Assembly: GCA_963710375.1 (NCBI GenBank)
Contig: CAVPZX010000002.1
Span: 992,001-1,056,000 of the forward strand
DNA length: 64,000 nucleotides
Reading direction: 5' to 3'
Source: Nitrospirota bacterium
Lineage (GTDB): Bacteria; Nitrospirota; Thermodesulfovibrionia; Thermodesulfovibrionales; Dissulfurispiraceae
The notes under the pieces are model-generated. The model saw only the letters and a program-made list of their open reading frames with translations, did no database searches and had not been told where the DNA came from. Below, one piece after another: positions 1 to 13,255 of the stretch. Every line of letters starts with the position of its first letter. Within the stretch, counting starts at the first letter, position 1. The translations under genes and the position numbers were made by a program.

Positions 1-857
1 GGATGTTTTATTCTCCGCGCGACTTCAGACCAGACCGAAAGGTCAGGCTCAAGGTCCATCCTAAGAAGTTTTTTATCGAGCAGCTTACCCAGCCCCTCGC
101 TCTGAAAGAGAAGTGGCACCTCATAGACGGTCTCTACATCGACTGCGGCGATTACCGAATCGGGATCGACATTACTGTGCAGGGCGATTTTCCTTTTAAC
201 CTCGGCTGAAAGGGTCCTGTCAGCCCTGCAAATCAGTATATCGGGCTGAATACCGATGGCTCTCGACTCCTTGACGCTGTGCTGTGTCGGTTTGCTTTTT
301 AACTCTCCGGCTGCAGCAATATACGGCACGAGTGTCAAGTGTGCATAGAATACATTCTCCCTGCCGACATCGTACCTGAACTGCCTTATCGCTTCCAGAA
401 AAGGAAGGCTTTCAATATCTCCCACTACACCGCCGATCTCAACTATAACAACGTCATACTCCGGCGTGGCCACGGACTTTATCGCATTCTTGATCTCTTC
501 GGTGATGTGCGGCACCACCTGCACTGTATGGCCCAGGTAATCGCCTCTTCTCTCTTTTGTTATCACGTTGTTATAAATTTTTCCTGTAGTACAGTTGTTG
601 GCAACTGAGGTTCTGGCATGGGTAAACCTTTCATAATGTCCCAAATCAAGGTCTGTCTCGCAACCATCATCAGTAACGTATACCTCTCCGTGCTCAAAGG
701 GGCTGAGTGTTCCGGGATCAATATTGATGTAAGGATCAAGTTTCTGCAAAGTGACCCGGAGCCCCTTAGCTTCAAGGAGCGCACCGATCGATGCGGCAGC
801 AATTCCCTTGCCCAATGCCGAGACAACTCCACCTGTTACGAAGATAAACTTAGACAT
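1..857 (-). CDS. pyrG: CTP synthase, N-terminal part (runs off the left edge; not in the ORF track)
   Basis: Reverse strand from ATG at 857 reads [25 protein letters not shown]...[40 protein letters not shown]; overlaps the kdsB stop. Confidence 0.95.
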   Translation of the reverse strand, partial: MSKFIFVTGGVVSALGKGIAAASIGALLEAKGLRVTLQKLDPYINIDPGTLSPFEHGEVYVTDDGCETDLDLGHYERFTHARTSVANNCTTGKIYNNVITKERRGDYLGHTVQVVPHITEEIKNAIKSVATPEYDVVIVEIGGVVGDIESLPFLEAIRQFRYDVGRENVFYAHLTLVPYIAAAGELKSKPTQHSVKESRAIGIQPDILICRADRTLSAEVKRKIALHSNVDPDSVIAAVDVETVYEVPLLFQSEGLGKLLDKKLLRMDLEPDLSVWSEVARRIKH

Positions 858-1666
858 TTTTCGACCCTCTCCAGATCCATAACAGTATCAACTCCGATTG
901 TTTCATGCCGGGTTTCGTGTACTTTTATTTTGAACCCGCTCTCCAGCGCCCGCAATTGTTCCAGTTTCTCTATCTCCTCAAGTCTCGTTGGTGCAAGCCG
1001 CGAAAACTTCATAAGCACATCTTTTCTATAAGCATAAATCCCTATATGCTTGTAAAAGTAAGCAGTAGGCAGTAGGGAGTAGGCACGTTCTGGAGAAGAT
1101 TCTTTTTCTTTGCTGCTTACTGCATAGTCCTTACTGCTTAGGTCCCTATGGTATGGGATAGGGGAGCGTGAAAAATAAAGAGCAAACCCCTCATCGTTAA
1201 AAACAACTTTCACCACATTCGGGTCCTCTATTTCTTCCAGCGTTCGAATCCTTTTTGCGAGAGTTCCTATCGCGGCCCGCTCATCTTCCATCAGCCCGAT
1301 CACCGCATCAACCATTTCAGAAATTATCAGCGGCTCATCACCCTGGACATTAACAATGATTTGTTCGTCCTGTTTCCCCTGCGCGCCTATTTCACCGGCT
1401 TCACTCAACTTTGTCACGGCTTCGGCAATTCTGTCAGTGCCTGACCGGTGTTCGGTTGACGTCATGACTGCCTTCCCTCCGAAACCCTCGACAGCAGAAA
1501 AAATGGCCGTGCTGTCAGTGGCGATAAACACATCCTGTACAAGCCGCGCATCTCTGACCCTTTCGTAAACATGCTGGATCATGGGTTTTCCTAAAAGGTG
1601 ACAGAGGGGTTTACCCGGAAAACGGGTGGAGCCATAACGGGCCGGTATAATAACAATAGCAGCCAT
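836..1666 (-). CDS. kdsB: 3-deoxy-manno-octulosonate cytidylyltransferase (CMP-Kdo synthetase)
   Basis: [44 protein letters not shown] motifs; kdsB-pyrG order. Confidence 0.95.
   Translation of the reverse strand: MAAIVIIPARYGSTRFPGKPLCHLLGKPMIQHVYERVRDARLVQDVFIATDSTAIFSAVEGFGGKAVMTSTEHRSGTDRIAEAVTKLSEAGEIGAQGKQDEQIIVNVQGDEPLIISEMVDAVIGLMEDERAAIGTLAKRIRTLEEIEDPNVVKVVFNDEGFALYFSRSPIPYHRDLSSKDYAVSSKEKESSPERAYSLLPTAYFYKHIGIYAYRKDVLMKFSRLAPTRLEEIEKLEQLRALESGFKIKVHETRHETIGVDTVMDLERVEKCLSLSS
1057..1140. repeat. Inverted heptamer-repeat element (AGTAGGC-type left arm, TACTGCT-type right arm) inside the kdsB coding sequence
   Basis: AGTAAGC AGTAGGC AGTAGGG AGTAGGC ... TGCTGCT TACTGCA TAGTCCT TACTGCT; same unit as 7364-7487. 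Confidence 0.7.
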
Positions 1667-1787
1667 ACCTTTTTTTATGATAACATAGTTTTACTTAAAG
1701 TATAAGTCTCAAAAACGTGCTTAGTTTACTAAATTACCGAATAAAATTGATAGGTGAGCAATAAGTGCAAAGAGTCGTGCCCGCGCC

Positions 1788-3344
1788 ATGAACACTTTGA
1801 AGAGGCTTTTTGAACGATTTTACGGGCCTGCAATTCTTTCAGGGCTGCTGCTCGTATTTTCTTTTCCAAAGGCCGAGTTGTTTCCTCTCGCCTGGATAGC
1901 GCTCATTCCTCTGTTGATCTCTCTTTACGATAAAGACCACTGGGCAGCTTTTAAGTCGGGGTTCTGTTTCGGGATTGTCTATTTTTACGGCACGCTTTAT
2001 TGGATTTATCATTCTATCCATTACTATGGCGCTGTTCCTTTAGTGCCTAGTATCCTGGTGGTACTAGTTTTGTGCATGTACTTCAGCCTTTATACCGCAT
2101 TCTTTGCATTGCTTTATGCTGCAAATATGAAGAGGACCGACATGCCTGCGCTCATTGTAGCGCCGCTTTTATGGACTACGCTCGAATTCCTCCGTTCCTA
2201 TGTATTGGGCGGTTTCCCTTGGTCCAGTTTGGGATACAGCCAGTATACGTTTCTCCCGGTAATACAGATCGCTGATATTACCGGAGTTTACGGAGTTTCC
2301 TTTCTCATCGTGGCTGTAAATGCCGCATTTGTGGATGTGTTCCTGTACAAACGCAGGTATGTGGAGCGGCCGCTTGCTTCGTTGTTACCTACAATCGGCG
2401 GGTTTGTCGCCCTCGTTCTTTTTATGGTCTTTACGTTGTCTTACGGGGTATATCGTCTGCATCAGGATCGCAGAGGTCCTGTCATAAAGGCTGCTGTGAT
2501 TCAGGGCAATATAGAGCAGGACAAAAAATGGGACCCGTCATATCAGCAGGCGGTCATTAATACTTATAAAGATCTCTCTTTCTCTGCTGCACGTGAAATG
2601 CCGGAGCTTATGGTTTGGCCGGAAACTGCCGCGCCGTTTTTCTTCAGGACAGACAAGGCGAATACAGACTACATGGTCTCTTTTGAGCGGCAATTGAATT
2701 CATATCTCCTTTTTGGGAGTGTCATGGCAATAAACCGGAATGACAGGCCAAAACCCTCCGCAACCCGTTATACGAATAGCGCTGTTCTCCTTGATAAAAA
2801 TGGAAATATTACTTATATTTATGATAAAATGCATTTAGTTCCATTCGGAGAGTTTATGCCGTTGAGGCATCTTTTATCTTTCCTGGACTTGACCGGTGCG
2901 ATCGGTGACTTTGTTCCAGGCGAGAGCTATACAAAGGCAGTGACACCCTTCGGAAGTTTTGGAACGCTTATCTGCTACGAAATTATATTTCCTGGTCTGG
3001 TAAGGAAGTTTTACACAAACGGTGGAGATTTTATCGTAACGATAACAAATGATGCGTGGTTCGGAAAGACTCCCGGGCCCTACCAGCATTTCAGTATGGC
3101 TGTATTCAGGGCGATAGAGAACAGAAAACCGGTGATAAGGTCAGCCAACACCGGGATATCTGGATTCATAGATAGCTGCGGCAGGATTCTAGCTACGACA
3201 GACCTTTTCACCAGGACATACCTGGTGTCTAGCGTTCGGACTGACAGAACCTTGACGTCTTACACAAAATACGGAGATATTTTTTCGTATTTGAATATTA
3301 TCGGCACATTGCTTTTGCTGATAAGAAAACGGAACAGATTTTAA
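1788..3344 (+). CDS. lnt: Apolipoprotein N-acyltransferase
   Basis: Multi-TM N-terminus; QGNI, WPET, YDKMHLVPFGE, ICYEIIF, TNDAWFG, RSANTGISG nitrilase-fold motifs. Confidence 0.95.
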   Translation: MNTLKRLFERFYGPAILSGLLLVFSFPKAELFPLAWIALIPLLISLYDKDHWAAFKSGFCFGIVYFYGTLYWIYHSIHYYGAVPLVPSILVVLVLCMYFSLYTAFFALLYAANMKRTDMPALIVAPLLWTTLEFLRSYVLGGFPWSSLGYSQYTFLPVIQIADITGVYGVSFLIVAVNAAFVDVFLYKRRYVERPLASLLPTIGGFVALVLFMVFTLSYGVYRLHQDRRGPVIKAAVIQGNIEQDKKWDPSYQQAVINTYKDLSFSAAREMPELMVWPETAAPFFFRTDKANTDYMVSFERQLNSYLLFGSVMAINRNDRPKPSATRYTNSAVLLDKNGNITYIYDKMHLVPFGEFMPLRHLLSFLDLTGAIGDFVPGESYTKAVTPFGSFGTLICYEIIFPGLVRKFYTNGGDFIVTITNDAWFGKTPGPYQHFSMAVFRAIENRKPVIRSANTGISGFIDSCGRILATTDLFTRTYLVSSVRTDRTLTSYTKYGDIFSYLNIIGTLLLLIRKRNRF

Positions 3345-3354
3345 AGGAGGCAGT

Positions 3355-4465
3355 ATGTTATTGCAGAGTGAATTAATAGAGGAGCTTGCCGGTTTAAAGG
3401 AGAAGGTGATTTCCCTCAGAGGGTATCTTTGATGTCGATAAACTAAAGGCTAATCTGGTTCAGACTGAAGAGAAACTGTTGTCGGAGGAAGTGTGGTCTT
3501 CCCCTGACAAAATCAAGGAACTTCAAAAAGCGAAATCGGAAATACTCGAAACAATACAGCCGGTCGAGACCTATCTTGATAAAGTCCATTCTCTCGAAGA
3601 GTTGTCAAGCCTTTTGAGTGAGGAGGGTGGTGAAGTATTCCTCGAAGAATTCAAGAAAGAATTGGATTCACTAAAACAAGAGCTTGATGATATGGAGCTT
3701 AAAATTCTTCTTTCCGGAGAGTTGGACAAGAATAATGCGATAATTACGATTCATCCCGGGGCCGGGGGTACAGAAAGCCAGGATTGGGCAGAAATGCTCA
3801 TGAGGATGTATTTACGTTGGGCGGAACGCCATGGATTTAAAATTGTGATAGCGGATCTGCAGCCAGGAGATGAGGCAGGAATTAAAGGGACAACCTTCAC
3901 TGTTGTCGGTCCTTATACCTATGGTTATTTAAAGGGTGAGGCAGGTATTCACCGCCTTGTGAGGATATCTCCTTTTGATGCAAATAAGAGAAGACACACT
4001 TCTTTTTCAGCTGTCCTGGTCTATCCTGAAATAAAAGATGATGTCCCTGTTGAAATCAGGGAAGAAGATTTAAAGATCGATACTTACAGATCATCAGGTG
4101 CTGGAGGACAGCATGTAAACAAGGTTTCTTCAGCAGTGAGGATTACTCATATTCCTTCAGGAGTGATCGTTGCCTGTCAGACAGAGCGATCTCAGCACAG
4201 GAACAAGGAGCTTGCAATGAGAATCCTTAAATCAAGACTCTATGATATTTCGGTAACTGAGAGAGAAAAGAAAATGGACTCTATTAAGGGTGACAAAAAG
4301 GGAATATCGTGGGGAAATCAGATTCGGTCATATGTGTTGCAGCCGTACAGGCTTGTAAAAGATCACAGGACGAGTATTGAAACAGGTAATGTTGATGCTA
4401 TATTGGATGGGGGTATAGATATTTTCATAAAGGGATATTTAAATTTTAATTCCAATGCAGCCTAA
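3355..4465 (+). CDS. prfB: Peptide chain release factor 2 with programmed +1 frameshift at CTT TGA (3427-3432)
   Basis: ATG 3355 after AAGGAGG; 25 codons, then AGAGGG TAT CTT TGA; the +1 frame joins ORF 3479-4465 with SPF and GGQ motifs. Confidence 0.95.
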
Positions 4466-4489
4466 AAGTTACTTATTACTGTTTTTTGT

Positions 4490-4790
4490 ATTATTTAATA
4501 GTAGTAGTAGTAAGCGCTGTTGAATTGTTAAGAATGTATAAAAGAGATGGAGCGGCAGATAGTTTGACCAATGAAAAGTCGAACACTTTATCAAGGGCTG
4601 CAAAAAATTGAGGGAAAAAATATTTTTAAACATTACAATCAACAATTTATTGCCCTTGTTTCAACATATAGGATATAATGGTCAGGCAAAGGTTAAAGGT
4701 TTATTAACAATTGTTAATATCCTGTTAATAAATAGTGTTGATACATTGATTCATAGCAGTAAAAGATTTATGAGTAGCATCAGATAGAGG
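4490..4790. other. Probable replication origin oriC
   Basis: AT-rich intergenic region upstream of dnaA; TAA-TAG-TAG-TAG-TAG-TAA trios (4496-4513), GCGC, tandem TGTTGAATT/TGTTAAGAA boxes; more TTATTAACA-type boxes at 4701-4744. Confidence 0.75.
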
Positions 4791-4813
4791 GCAGGCACAG
4801 GGGAAAGCTGAGA

Positions 4814-6148
4814 GTGAATATAGAAGAAATTTGGAACAATAGCCTTTTAAAGATAGCTGAAAAAGTTGGAGAAAGTCTTTTTGAGTTATGGTTTAAGCCG
4901 ATGAGACTGATCAGTTTGAAAGACAAGGTTATAACGATAGGAATTCCCAACAGGTTTTTCAGAGAATGGATTGAGGATTATTATCCTGCAATTATTAATG
5001 AAACTGTTGAGCCGATTGCTGGGTACCCTGTTTCCGTTAAATATAAAATAATAGATAAAGAGGATGCGGAACTAAAAAAACAGGACACTAAACTCGAGAG
5101 CAGAAAGAATAAGCTCGCAAGCAGGGGAATTTATCTCAGTCCCAAATATACTTTTGATACTTTTGTTGTAGGCCCTTCTAACCAGTTTGTTCATGCCGCC
5201 TCCAGGAGAATCGGTGAGAACCCTGGAATTGCATATAACCCATTATTTATTTACGGCGGTGTCGGCCTCGGCAAAACACATCTGATGAATGCCATAGGCA
5301 ACATGATTGTCGATAAATATCCCGATAAAGTGGTCAGTTATTTACCTGCCGAGCAGTTTACCAATGAGGTCATTTCAGCGCTGCGGCATGAAAAGATGGC
5401 TGAGTTCAAAGATAAATACCGAAATGTCGATGTCATGCTTATCGATGATATTCAGTTTATCGCCAACAAAACAACAACGCAGGAGGAATTCTTCCATACC
5501 TTTAATGCCCTTTATGAAAAACAGCGCCAGATAGTTATGTCGAGTGACAGGGCCCCAATGGAGATATCCGACATAACCGACAGGCTCAGGTCGCGGTTCA
5601 GCATGGGGCTTATAGCGGACATTCAGCCTCCGGAAGTTGAAACAAAGGTAGCGATTATTTATAAAAAAGCCGGGATAGAAAAAATGTCCATACCGGAAGA
5701 CGTGGCTTATTTTATTGCGACAAAAATAAAATCCAACATAAGGGAACTGGAAGGGTGTCTTATCAAGCTTGGAGCACACGCATCGTTAACCGGGCTCCCC
5801 ATTGATACTGCTATGGCCCGGGTAGTTCTTAAAGATCTGATATCCGACGAAGAAAGGCCTATCACTGTTGACCTGATACAAAAGACTGTATGCGATTATT
5901 TCGCCCTAAAGCTTCAGGATATAAAAGCGAGAAAGAGGACAAAGGAAATAGCAAATGCGCGGCAGATAGCAATGTATATCACAAAGCAACAGACCCACCT
6001 CTCGCTCAGTGAGATTGGAAGATATTTCGGCGGGAAAGATCATGCAACCGTAATTTATGCCTGCAAGCAGATAGAAGATAAACGAGGCAAGGACGATAAT
6101 CTCAATAAAAGCATTGAAAATATTATACGCAGGATTACCGGGGTATGA
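4814..6148 (+). CDS. dnaA: Chromosomal replication initiator DnaA
   Basis: YNPLFIYGGVGLGKTHL, IDDIQF, QEEFFHTFN, RLRSRF, GGKDHATVIYA. Confidence 0.98.
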   Translation: MNIEEIWNNSLLKIAEKVGESLFELWFKPMRLISLKDKVITIGIPNRFFREWIEDYYPAIINETVEPIAGYPVSVKYKIIDKEDAELKKQDTKLESRKNKLASRGIYLSPKYTFDTFVVGPSNQFVHAASRRIGENPGIAYNPLFIYGGVGLGKTHLMNAIGNMIVDKYPDKVVSYLPAEQFTNEVISALRHEKMAEFKDKYRNVDVMLIDDIQFIANKTTTQEEFFHTFNALYEKQRQIVMSSDRAPMEISDITDRLRSRFSMGLIADIQPPEVETKVAIIYKKAGIEKMSIPEDVAYFIATKIKSNIRELEGCLIKLGAHASLTGLPIDTAMARVVLKDLISDEERPITVDLIQKTVCDYFALKLQDIKARKRTKEIANARQIAMYITKQQTHLSLSEIGRYFGGKDHATVIYACKQIEDKRGKDDNLNKSIENIIRRITGV

Positions 6149-6251
6149 GTGTTTCCTGGCAGACTGTTTCAGTGGGGCTTCCCCAAAAGCAACGGACTTC
6201 TTGGGGTCTGGATCTCAAATCTTTTAGGGACAGTGAAAATGGAGGGGATTG

Positions 6252-7355
6252 ATGAAGGTCACAGTAGAAAAAAATGAATTGCTGAAAAAACTCTCAGATA
6301 TTCAGAACATTGTTGAGAAAAAAAATACCATGCCAATCTTAAGCCATTTTCTTTTGGTTGCGGAGAAGGGAGGAGCATACATAACAGCCACAGATCTCGA
6401 AACCGCCTTTAAAGAACCTCTTGTGCTTACAGTTGCAACTGAGGGCAAGCTATGCATTCCTGCCAAAAAACTATTTGAGATTGTGCGGGAAGTTGACGGC
6501 GATATAGTGCTTGATTCAAGCGATGCAAAATGGCTTAAAGTAAAGAGCGGAAAAAGCCAGTTCCGTCTTGCCTGTCTCTCTCATGATGAATTCCCGGTAT
6601 GGCCGTCGCTGCCGGATGATGCCGATAAAATGGAAATAGATTCTCTCCTGCTGCTTGAGATGATCGACAAGACCCTTTATTCAGCTGGTGAGTCAGATAC
6701 CCGGTATGTTTTAAACGGACTTCTTTTTAATATAAAGACCGATGGTACTCTCACGGTTGTAGGCACCGATGGCCACAGGCTGGCACTTTCGACAAAGACG
6801 TTGGCCTCAAAACTTAAAGAAGAGAAAAAGATTATTTTTTCGAGAAAGTCCCTGGCTGAACTGAGAAGGTTCCTTGACGACGAGCCAAAACCGGTCAAGA
6901 TAGCAATAGGGAAGAACCACATTTTGTTCGAAATGGAATCTATTCAGTTCCTGACCAGGCTGATAGAGGGCACTTACCCTAATTATGAGCAGGTCATCCC
7001 AACTACCGCTGATAAAATCATTGCAATAGACAGGATAGCATTGATGAAATCGCTGCGACGGGTCTCTATAATGAGCAAAGAGCGGAGCAGCGCTGTAAAA
7101 GTGGATATCGAGCCCAAGTCTATGACCATATCCGCTTCTAATCCCGACTTCGGGGAAGCAAAAGATGAGCTCACAATAGACTATGCTGGAGAACCGATCA
7201 CTTTGGCATTTAACGCACGTTACATCCTTGATGCATTAATCGTGATGAGTACCGATGCTATAATGATTAAACTCAATGAGCCGCTCAGCCCTACGCTTAT
7301 CATGGAAAATGAAAAAGACGATTATAAATATGTAGTAATGCCGATGCGGCTATAA
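6252..7355 (+). CDS. dnaN: DNA polymerase III beta sliding clamp
   Basis: ATDLE, GTDGHRLA, YPNYEQVIP, C-terminal VVMPMRL; follows dnaA. Confidence 0.97.
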   Translation: MKVTVEKNELLKKLSDIQNIVEKKNTMPILSHFLLVAEKGGAYITATDLETAFKEPLVLTVATEGKLCIPAKKLFEIVREVDGDIVLDSSDAKWLKVKSGKSQFRLACLSHDEFPVWPSLPDDADKMEIDSLLLLEMIDKTLYSAGESDTRYVLNGLLFNIKTDGTLTVVGTDGHRLALSTKTLASKLKEEKKIIFSRKSLAELRRFLDDEPKPVKIAIGKNHILFEMESIQFLTRLIEGTYPNYEQVIPTTADKIIAIDRIALMKSLRRVSIMSKERSSAVKVDIEPKSMTISASNPDFGEAKDELTIDYAGEPITLAFNARYILDALIVMSTDAIMIKLNEPLSPTLIMENEKDDYKYVVMPMRL

Positions 7356-7363
7356 GAATTACC

Positions 7364-7487
7364 AAGCAGTAGGAAGTAGGAACTAAGCAGTAAGCACTAT
7401 ACAAAAGAAACTTCTTTTAGTTATATAGTGTTTTTACTGCCTACTGCTTACTGCCTACTGCCTGCTGTTTATTGCCTGCTGCTTACT
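7364..7487. repeat. Intergenic inverted heptamer repeat array forming a long hairpin
   Basis: AAGCAGT AGGAAGT AGGAACT AAGCAGT AAGCACT ... TTACTGC CTACTGC TTACTGC CTACTGC CTGCTGT TTATTGC CTGCTGC. Confidence 0.85.
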
Positions 7488-7506
7488 TTATAAAAGAGGG
7501 AGAATA

Positions 7507-9919
<2,413 letters not shown>

Positions 9920-9931
9920 GTGAAGCATGCT

Positions 9932-10000
9932 TGTCGGTTAACGCATAAAGTGAAAAACTTAACACATATGATGAAAAAAATTAACGCATAAAATGAAAAA
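9932..10000 (+). repeat. gyrB-proximal transposon end: TGT plus three packed TnsB-type sites
   Basis: TTAACGCATAAAGTGAAAAA (9938), TTAACACATATGATGAAAAA (9959), TTAACGCATAAAATGAAAAA (9981). Confidence 0.9.
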
Positions 10001-10298
10001 AGTTAGTTCTGTGTCGGTTAAGTTAAGGGATGTGTCAGATAAAGGATACAAAAATAAGGAAAGAAGCAAACGATTTAAAGAAGGGTTTCTGACTGACGAA
10101 GACATAAAGCGGATAAGGAAGAAACTGGGATTCACCCAAAAGCAGATGGCTGAAAAATTAGGGGTTGGTCTGAAGACTTTCGCTCGTTATGAGAACCTCT
10201 CAGTCCGCCAGGGCAAGGCGATGGATAATTTGTTGAGGATATTCGATAAATATCCAGAAGTTATGGCAGTTTTTGATAAAAAAATTGCATCTTCTTAA
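9993..10298 (+). CDS. XRE/HTH protein resembling the C-terminal domain of MqsA/HigA-type antitoxins; start uncertain
   Basis: LTDEDIKRIRKKLGFTQKQMAEKLGVGLKTFARYEN; the ATG overlaps the transposon end. Confidence 0.6.
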   Translation: MKKVSSVSVKLRDVSDKGYKNKERSKRFKEGFLTDEDIKRIRKKLGFTQKQMAEKLGVGLKTFARYENLSVRQGKAMDNLLRIFDKYPEVMAVFDKKIASS

Positions 10299-10315
10299 TT
10301 ATCGGGCAAATTAAA

Positions 10316-11252
10316 ATGTGTTCTATAGCCGCTGATGAGGCTCAATTTAGATTGCCAGAAGATGGCAATACCTACACGGCTGAAATAATTGATCGATGTC
10401 TGGATCTTATTTTTCATGGTATTTGGTCAGGTATCGATCAAATGCGACTGCGTAGATGGTTTGCAAACTTTTGTACGGACGAGGAAAAGTATTTCGCTGC
10501 TTGTATCCTTGATTCTTTAATTTATCGCTCTGAAGATCAAACTATATCTTTAATATGGCACCTTTTTCAGAGAATTTTACCTGATCTGATTCGCTATGAC
10601 AGTAGTCCCATTGGCGATACTATTGACTGGCAGAACGCTTTAAAGAGGGAAAGTTCTGCTACGGATCCTCTTATAAGACTAGTCACAGTTGTCAGAAGAT
10701 CTGATCCCCCTACGAAAAGCGCATATGTAATAGCTAGGCTTATGAAAAGGCACCTCTTCATAGATGAGCGATGGATTATTAAGCCATGGGAGGTCTCAGA
10801 TAAAATTAAACAGGGTGTGAAAATATTTCTTTTTATTGATGATTTTCTAGGGACTGGTGATCAATTCACTTCTTTTTTTAAGAGTGAGGACTTAGTTAAA
10901 CAATTGCCTCATATTTATGCCGCCTATGTCCCGCTTGTTGCTCATCAAACGGGAGTGAAACATTTGCGAGATACGTTTAGCGGTCTTAGAGTGACTTCAG
11001 TTGAAACTCTTGATGATTCTCACAATATTTTCGGAAACGACAGTAGTTGTTTTAAGGATGGGACTAACACTCCTGATATAGCTAAACAATTTTATTATGA
11101 GTCTGTTGCGAACAAGAAAGATGTTTATTTCGGAGACGGGTTATGGAGATCTCGGCTTGACATATGCGTTTTCTCATGCTGCTCCTGATAATTGTTTGCC
11201 TCTGCTCTGGTGGCCTCATGCTGTTTCGTGGTCTCCACTCTTTGATAGGTGA
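10316..11252 (+). CDS. Phosphoribosyltransferase-like protein (conflict-effector type), frameshifted near 11100-11135
   Basis: PRPP-loop FLFIDDFLGTGDQF; alternate frame gives GYGDLGLTYAFSHAAPDNCLPLLWW...WSPLFDR, stopping 3 nt before the next ATG. Confidence 0.75.
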
Positions 11253-11255
11253 AAT

Positions 11256-13244
11256 ATGAATAGGCTAAAGACGTCTTTGCAAGATGTTTTTTCAATGAAT
11301 CGTGCTGAGGAGATTGGCTACGACGTATGGCGTCATTTTGTAGTTCCGCCCTTTTTTAATTATCTGGACCTATACACTGCCAGAAAGCCACGGGTAATCA
11401 TTGGCGGCAGGGGTTGTGGCAAAACAATGCTTCTGAGGTACCTATCGCATAAGAGCATGTTTTCACCTAATCGTGAGAGTATTCCGGAAAATGCTCTTTC
11501 CCATATTGGACTTTTTTGGCGTGCTGATACCCAATTCTGCAGCGCAATGAGGAAGCGTAATGTGCCTGAGGATGTATGGGAGTCAGCGTTTGGCCACTTA
11601 GCTGCACTTATATTGGGAATTGAGGTGCTTGATAGCCTTGATAGCATCGCACTCAGCAGATCCGGAGCTCTTAATCCTGAAGATGTGGAGAATATTGATT
11701 TCGGGATGCTACAGTCCTTTGATGATAAACTCCCTTCAACTGCTCATGAGCTCCGAAAGACGCTTAATAGTTATCTGTTAGAATTAATAACTTGGGTAAG
11801 TGATGTGAGAAAAGCTAGGGAACCTAATTTTTTGCCGGGCAAGTCATTTGTTTCAACTCTAATCACAATATTACAAGAACAACTGTCGGTACTGTCCAAG
11901 TCAACTTTTTTTGTTTATCTTGATGAATATGAAAATCTTTGTGATTACCAAAAGCGCATTATAAACACTTGGTTGAAACATAGTGAAGTTCCACTCATAT
12001 TCAATCTTGCAATGAAGAGAAATGCTTTTATTACCAACAAAGAAACTGTAGGAGCGGAATTACTCTCTGATATACATGATTATCGAGTTCATGATTTGGA
12101 AGAATATCTTGACAACGATGCTTATCCTATATTTGCTGCTGAAATACTTTTTTTGCACCTATCATTAACGGAGTATGATGACATTCCCATTGATGTAAAT
12201 ATGTTACGCGATCCAGATTTATTGGTGAAAAGAAAAGAAAAGATATATATAGAAAACATACTGGGAGCTGCTCAAAGCCTGTTCCCTGACATCTCTTTGT
12301 CTGAATTGGCAAGACTAGTATTTCAAGACAAAGCACTGTATTCAAAGCTGAATGAGCGCATTCAACAAGCGTTAGCTCATCGGAAATCTGATATTACATC
12401 AAATCGATTTATTAAACCGGATTTTGCAGAGGCGTCAATTGTGAATCAAGCCTTGCTTTACCGAAACAAATTGCAACCCGGAGAAATTATGCAAGAGATG
12501 GATATGTTGGCCGAAGGGAAGGACAATCGCTATACGGGAGATACGGATTGGATTCATAATAATTTTGTTGGTTGTCTCCTTCAATTGTACTCACCTTATT
12601 CAAGAGCGTGTCCTTTTTATGCCGGCTTTAAAACATTCTGCAAACTTTCGAGAGGCAGTATTAGGCATTTTTTGGAACTTTGTCACAATTCCATTTATCG
12701 AGCAATAGATGACGTCGAGGAATTTAAGAAACCAGTTGACTACATTAGGCAGGCGGAAGCGGCAAGCCAAGCTAGTGCCACTTTTTTACGCGAAATTAAG
12801 AGCTTTGGACCTTTGGGCAATCAGTTGCATGCTTTTGTACTTCGATTAGGCTCTCTTTTTGCTTTGGCTCATCGTCGCCCATCGCAAAGTGAATCAGAAC
12901 AGTCTCATTTCTCGATTAAAAATGGCAGAAGTCCATTAACTGCTGAGGACAACAATTTTCTTCTGGAGGCTGTTAAATGGTCAGTATTATTTGAACATTC
13001 TGGTACCAAGAAAAAAGCAGAATACATGCCGCAAACTATCGAATATGTTTTAAATCCTATTTATACACCATATTTCCATATAAGTTATCGCAAGAAAAGA
13101 AAGCTAGAGCTGTCAACTGATGAGGTTATAAGTTTAATTCGAGGCGATCTGAATGAGGTTACAACTCTTTTGAAACAATATGCGACCTCGTGGTTTGTTG
13201 ACCCTAACGAGGCTGCCCCTGTTCCTTTGTCGCTTTTCGAGTAG
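11256..13244 (+). CDS. P-loop ATPase, ORC/CDC6-like or STAND-like, with a helical C-terminus
   Basis: Walker A GGRGCGKT, Walker B FVYLDEYEN, later LSRGSIRHFLELC motif. Confidence 0.75.
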   Translation: MNRLKTSLQDVFSMNRAEEIGYDVWRHFVVPPFFNYLDLYTARKPRVIIGGRGCGKTMLLRYLSHKSMFSPNRESIPENALSHIGLFWRADTQFCSAMRKRNVPEDVWESAFGHLAALILGIEVLDSLDSIALSRSGALNPEDVENIDFGMLQSFDDKLPSTAHELRKTLNSYLLELITWVSDVRKAREPNFLPGKSFVSTLITILQEQLSVLSKSTFFVYLDEYENLCDYQKRIINTWLKHSEVPLIFNLAMKRNAFITNKETVGAELLSDIHDYRVHDLEEYLDNDAYPIFAAEILFLHLSLTEYDDIPIDVNMLRDPDLLVKRKEKIYIENILGAAQSLFPDISLSELARLVFQDKALYSKLNERIQQALAHRKSDITSNRFIKPDFAEASIVNQALLYRNKLQPGEIMQEMDMLAEGKDNRYTGDTDWIHNNFVGCLLQLYSPYSRACPFYAGFKTFCKLSRGSIRHFLELCHNSIYRAIDDVEEFKKPVDYIRQAEAASQASATFLREIKSFGPLGNQLHAFVLRLGSLFALAHRRPSQSESEQSHFSIKNGRSPLTAEDNNFLLEAVKWSVLFEHSGTKKKAEYMPQTIEYVLNPIYTPYFHISYRKKRKLELSTDEVISLIRGDLNEVTTLLKQYATSWFVDPNEAAPVPLSLFE

Positions 13245-13255
13245 GAGGGTTATTC

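Noticed and set aside
3..1031. Plus-strand ORFs 3-209, 339-608, 618-1031 and minus ORF 563-832
   Set aside because: Shadows of pyrG and kdsB
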